DNA of 64,000 nucleotides, taken from NCBI RefSeq assembly GCF_044704955.1, contig NC_091982.1, positions 166,532,001 through 166,596,000 of the forward strand, given 5' to 3'. Made by a program: the position numbers and the translations under genes. The DNA is from Pristiophorus japonicus. Taxonomy: Eukaryota. Below are positions 60,285 through 64,000 of this stretch, in pieces (within the stretch, counting starts at the first letter, position 1; each line of letters begins with the position of its first letter). The notes under the pieces were generated by a model. The model was not told the DNA's origin and made no database searches. It saw only the letters and a program-made list of their open reading frames with translations.

Positions 60285-60595
60285 AAATTCATTCCTGGGA
60301 TGTGGGCATGGCTGGCAAGGCCAGCAATTAATGCCCATCCCTAATTGCCCCTGAGAAGGTAGTGGTGAGCCGCTTTCCTGAAACGCTGCATTCCTTGTAA
60401 TGAAGATACTCCCACAGTGCTGTTAGGGAGGGAGTTCCAGGATTTTGACCCAGCGACGATAAAGGAACAGCGATATATTTCCAAGTCAGGATGCTGTATG
60501 ACTTGGAGGGGAACTTGGAGGTGATGGTGTTCACATGCACCTGCTGCCCTTGTCCTTCTAGGTGGTAGAAGTTGCGGGTTTTGGAGGTGTCTGTC
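60285..60595 (-). mobile_element. LINE 3' end of the second CR1-like family
   Basis: Minus frame SKSWNSLPNSTV...GMQRFRKAAHHYLL; homologous to 44320-44680. Confidence 0.65.
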
Positions 60596-60599
60596 TATA

Positions 60600-63500
60600 A
60601 TAAAGCCTGTAATGGAGTGCTGGACTGAGTGCCGTTGCAGGGGGAGCCAAGGAACCATTGGCTCAGGACCCTAGTGCCAAATAGTTTACCCCGGATTAGG
60701 GTAAAGTCCGAGAACTGGTTTGACCCTGAGAATCTCCAGAACACGGAGGCCGCGTTGCTCCGTCACATGCGTCTGGCATTTAAGGCCAGCGTGCAGGAGG
60801 AGGTTAAACTAGTTAAAGGGAAGGTTCACGAGATGAAGCCCAGTGGGGGTAGTAAAAGGGAATGGCGCTAGGAATGAGGTAGCTCAGAAAGGGCTAGGGC
60901 GTGTTTCGGGTGTGGGAAGCCAGGCCACTGGAGGAAAGACTGCCCGGCCCTGAGGAGGGGGTAAGGCAAAGGGGATCCTCCAGTGCCTGACAAAACCTGT
61001 CAAGGCGAAGAGACCGACCCCTGAACAATTTGATGTTCTGGTGGCTGCCCTTCAGACAGCTTTTGTGCCAGAGTAGGGAAGGGCAGATGCTGCCGTGAGC
61101 AGGGAAATCCCGACTGCTCCGGTAATCCCACCACTTTGACTAGCATGCACGTACGATGAGTGAAGTAGACCATGCGTGAGGATGGGGGTGGAGAAGGTAG
61201 AGGGGAAGTACTTGGTGGACACCAGGGCTTCGAGCACAGTGATCCATGTGAGTAACCCGACCGATTCACTCTGGTCCAGCAAGGTTCCAGTCAGTCTCAT
61301 GGGGTTCACCGGGAACAGCAGGCGGGGAGATGTCCAGGCCGATAGCTATAGATTTAGGATCCCTCCACACTAGGTGGAAATGCGTCCTTTTAAAGTGTGA
61401 ACAGCCAGGGCCAGGAGTCCTAGGGGCCGACTTTGTTAGCCACAGAATCATAGTGGATTTAAGGAACCACTGTCTTTGGTGGTGGGGTGGGGCGGTGTGT
61501 ACAGGTAAGGAGGAATAAATGGTAGTGATCCCAAGAAAAGGGGAAGGTAAAGGCACAGTGTGTACAATGAAGCCGAAGGGTAGTTACGACCTAGAGCAAT
61601 TGTTTAATACTACCCTGGCAGAGTACCAGGTTCATGTGCGGCACAATCTCGCATTGTTCGCCACACACAAACAAGACTGCGGTAGGGTGACTGGGTTGGA
61701 AGTCAGGGTACAAGGGGAGCCTATGTCCCAGCCGCAGAAATAGTATAATTTCCCCAGGGAGGCAGAGGCCGACTTAGAGATGGCACTGGGATCCCTGGTA
61801 GCATAGGATGTGTTGAGGCTCGTGGCCACACACGTGAATTCTCCACTTTGGCCTGTTCGGAAACCGGACCAGTCATGGAGGGCCACCATGGACTATCGGA
61901 TGCTCAAAAAGAACATCCCAGCTTGCGCGCCCACTGTCACGGCTGTAGCCGACCTGATAGGAAACATTCCAGCATCCGCAACCACATTTACGGTGCTGGA
62001 TATATTGAATGGGTTCTGGTCAATTCCCCTCAAAAGAGAGGACCAGTACAAGTTCGGATTCACATTTAAAGGGCAACAGTATACCTGGACGTGCCTTCCC
62101 AAGGGTTTCCACAACAGCCCCTCCATTTTTCACCAGTGCATGGCCAACAGTTTAAAGGGATTCAGCAGACCCCAGCAGTTGGTGCAGTATGTGGACGATT
62201 TGCTTTTGTTCTCTGACGAGGGGGAGGAGCATGGTCCACTGCTGGCCGAGCTGCTGGAGCCGTTGAAGGACACCGGGTTCCAGGTCAATCCCAAGAAAGC
62301 GCAGATCGGTCAGAGGGAGGTCAAATTCCTCGGTCTAACTGGAAGGGCTGGGGAAAGGGCTATAGACGAGACCAAACGGAAGGCGGTACAGAGGTTACCA
62401 ACCCCCACGACCGTGATGGGGGTGAGATCCTTCCTTGGGCTCACAGGGTACTGCAGGGATTTTATTGAGGATTATGCCACCACGGCAGCCCCTCTGCTTC
62501 GGCTCCTCCACAAGGGAGTGGGATGGGAGTGGGATGAGGACTGCACGGCAGCGTTTAATCGCCTCAAGGGAGACCTGCAGACGGCACCCGCAGTAGGGGT
62601 GATTAATGGTGGGGAGGACTTATTTTTAGAAGTAGCAGCCAGCGGGGACAGTTTGAGCGTGGTGCTGCTCCAGGAGCGGCACGGCAAGCAGAGACCCGTG
62701 TTGTACTCATCAAGAGTCCTCACGGATGTAGAACGGGGGTATTCCAATTGCGAGAGGCATCTCCTTGCCACGCATTGGGCCATGAAGCGCTCCCAGTTCT
62801 TCACGGGGTCATCCCAGATCATTCTACTAACCCACCATACTCCCACTCAGATGTTATTAGATGGGAGGATAAAGGACAGCACAGTGAGCAGTGTTCGCAT
62901 TGTTCACTGGACCTTATTGCTCTCACAGATGAATCTGAGCGTGCAAGGCCTGAGTGAGCCCAAGCTGGTCGCTAACATGATCTATGCAGGGGCAGCCCAT
63001 AAGTGTTTGGTAGAGGGAGTATGGGATGTAGACATAGGATTTCGGGCCGGGTTACACCCCACGGGCCATGAAATATATGTCGACGGATCCAGTTCAGTGG
63101 TAGCAGGGGAGTGTTTCATTGGGTGTGGGATTTATGACCTGACGGTAGGCATTGCATGGGCCATTAAACTCCCAAGCACCCTGAGCGCTCAGCACGCTGA
63201 ACTGTCGGTGGTGGTGTTCGTCGGTATCCACGCCAACGAGTTCCCAACCCCATACACCATCTGTTTGGATTCCGTGTTCACATGCAATTCGTGCACCAAA
63301 TACTTGGCCATCTGGTCTCTTCGCGGTTTCACATCCGCAGACAGGAAGCCCTTAGCAACCAAACCACTGTTGCAAAGGATCTTAGAGGCAACGGGAACCC
63401 AGGGAAGCCATTACATTCATAAAGTAAAGGCCCATTCCAAGACAGAGCCCAGAGGGGAAGGCAACCAAAAGGCTGATGAGTTAGCCAAGGAGGGAGCCAA

Positions 63501-64000
63501 AACCGGCGAGTTTTGGGATCCATACGGGTCCAGCCCAGTAGCAGCGATCCGGGACAAAGGGGGGACACAAGGGAGTGTAGAGGTAGCATTGGCCCCGGAA
63601 TTGAGGAAAGTCCAGGCACAGGATCCGGTCCTCAAGGTTGTACTGGAGCAGCTGGCTAAGGGAGAAAAGGTAGGCCCATTCGGGGTAGCGGGCATTACTT
63701 TAAAGGAGGGAATGCTTTTCAGGGGGGATCAGTGGGTAGTTCCAGAACAGCACCAGAGGGAATTCCTCCAGTTGGCCCATGGGGCCCAGGAGCGGGACAC
63801 CCAGGACCGGAGGCTACCTGGCAGAGGGTAGAACAGGCAGGGTGGTGGCCGCAACTGAGGGAGGATGTCCGCGATTTTTGCGCAGACTGGTGTGCACAGC
63901 GAACAACCCTGATCCCCAGAAAAGAAAGGTTCCCATGGGACACATGAGAAGGTTGAGAGACCATGGCAGTCGGTCCCGCAAAGGGGGGGTTACAAGTACT
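60600..64000 (+). mobile_element. Degraded retrovirus-like element (gag end, PR, RT, two RNase H domains, IN start); runs off the window
   Basis: CFGCGKPGHWRKDC, YLVDTRAS, LPKGFHNSP, YVDD, IYVDGSS/AQHAEL/KVKAH/GNQKADELAK, and IN H..GH..WWP. No 5' LTR seen. Confidence 0.85.
61810..63831 (+). pseudogene. pol segment: RT, tether (degenerate RNase H) and retroviral-type RNase H
   Basis: 673 open codons, bounded by upstream stops and a frameshift in the integrase zinc finger. Confidence 0.85.

Overview
Eukaryotic, repeat-dense window with no confidently identifiable host gene. The CR1 tail types and Deu-domain SINEs suggest a cartilaginous fish, but that is inference. The standout is at 1-10426: a head-to-tail array of near-identical, intact Tx1-clade non-LTR retrotransposons (one partial copy and one full-length ~7.2 kb copy with ORF1 and ORF2). 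Each copy ends at the same 18-bp sequence, GTTTCATGCACAAGGACC. This 18-mer is the antisense of a conserved CR1 LINE ORF2 motif (QRDLGVLVHE). The array sits antisense inside a CR1, and an uninterrupted copy of the 18-mer lies in another CR1 at 29270-29287. This points to a sequence-specific retrotransposon that targets another LINE and re-inserts into its own target-site duplication. The rest of the window is nested or degraded elements: CR1, L2, RTE, Deu-SINEs, Harbinger elements and MITEs, three Gypsy proviruses, a solo LTR, a purine/pyrimidine-skewed minisatellite and, at the right end, a degraded retrovirus-like element with two RNase H domains. All coordinates and counts were read by eye; family names come from motif recognition, not database searches.
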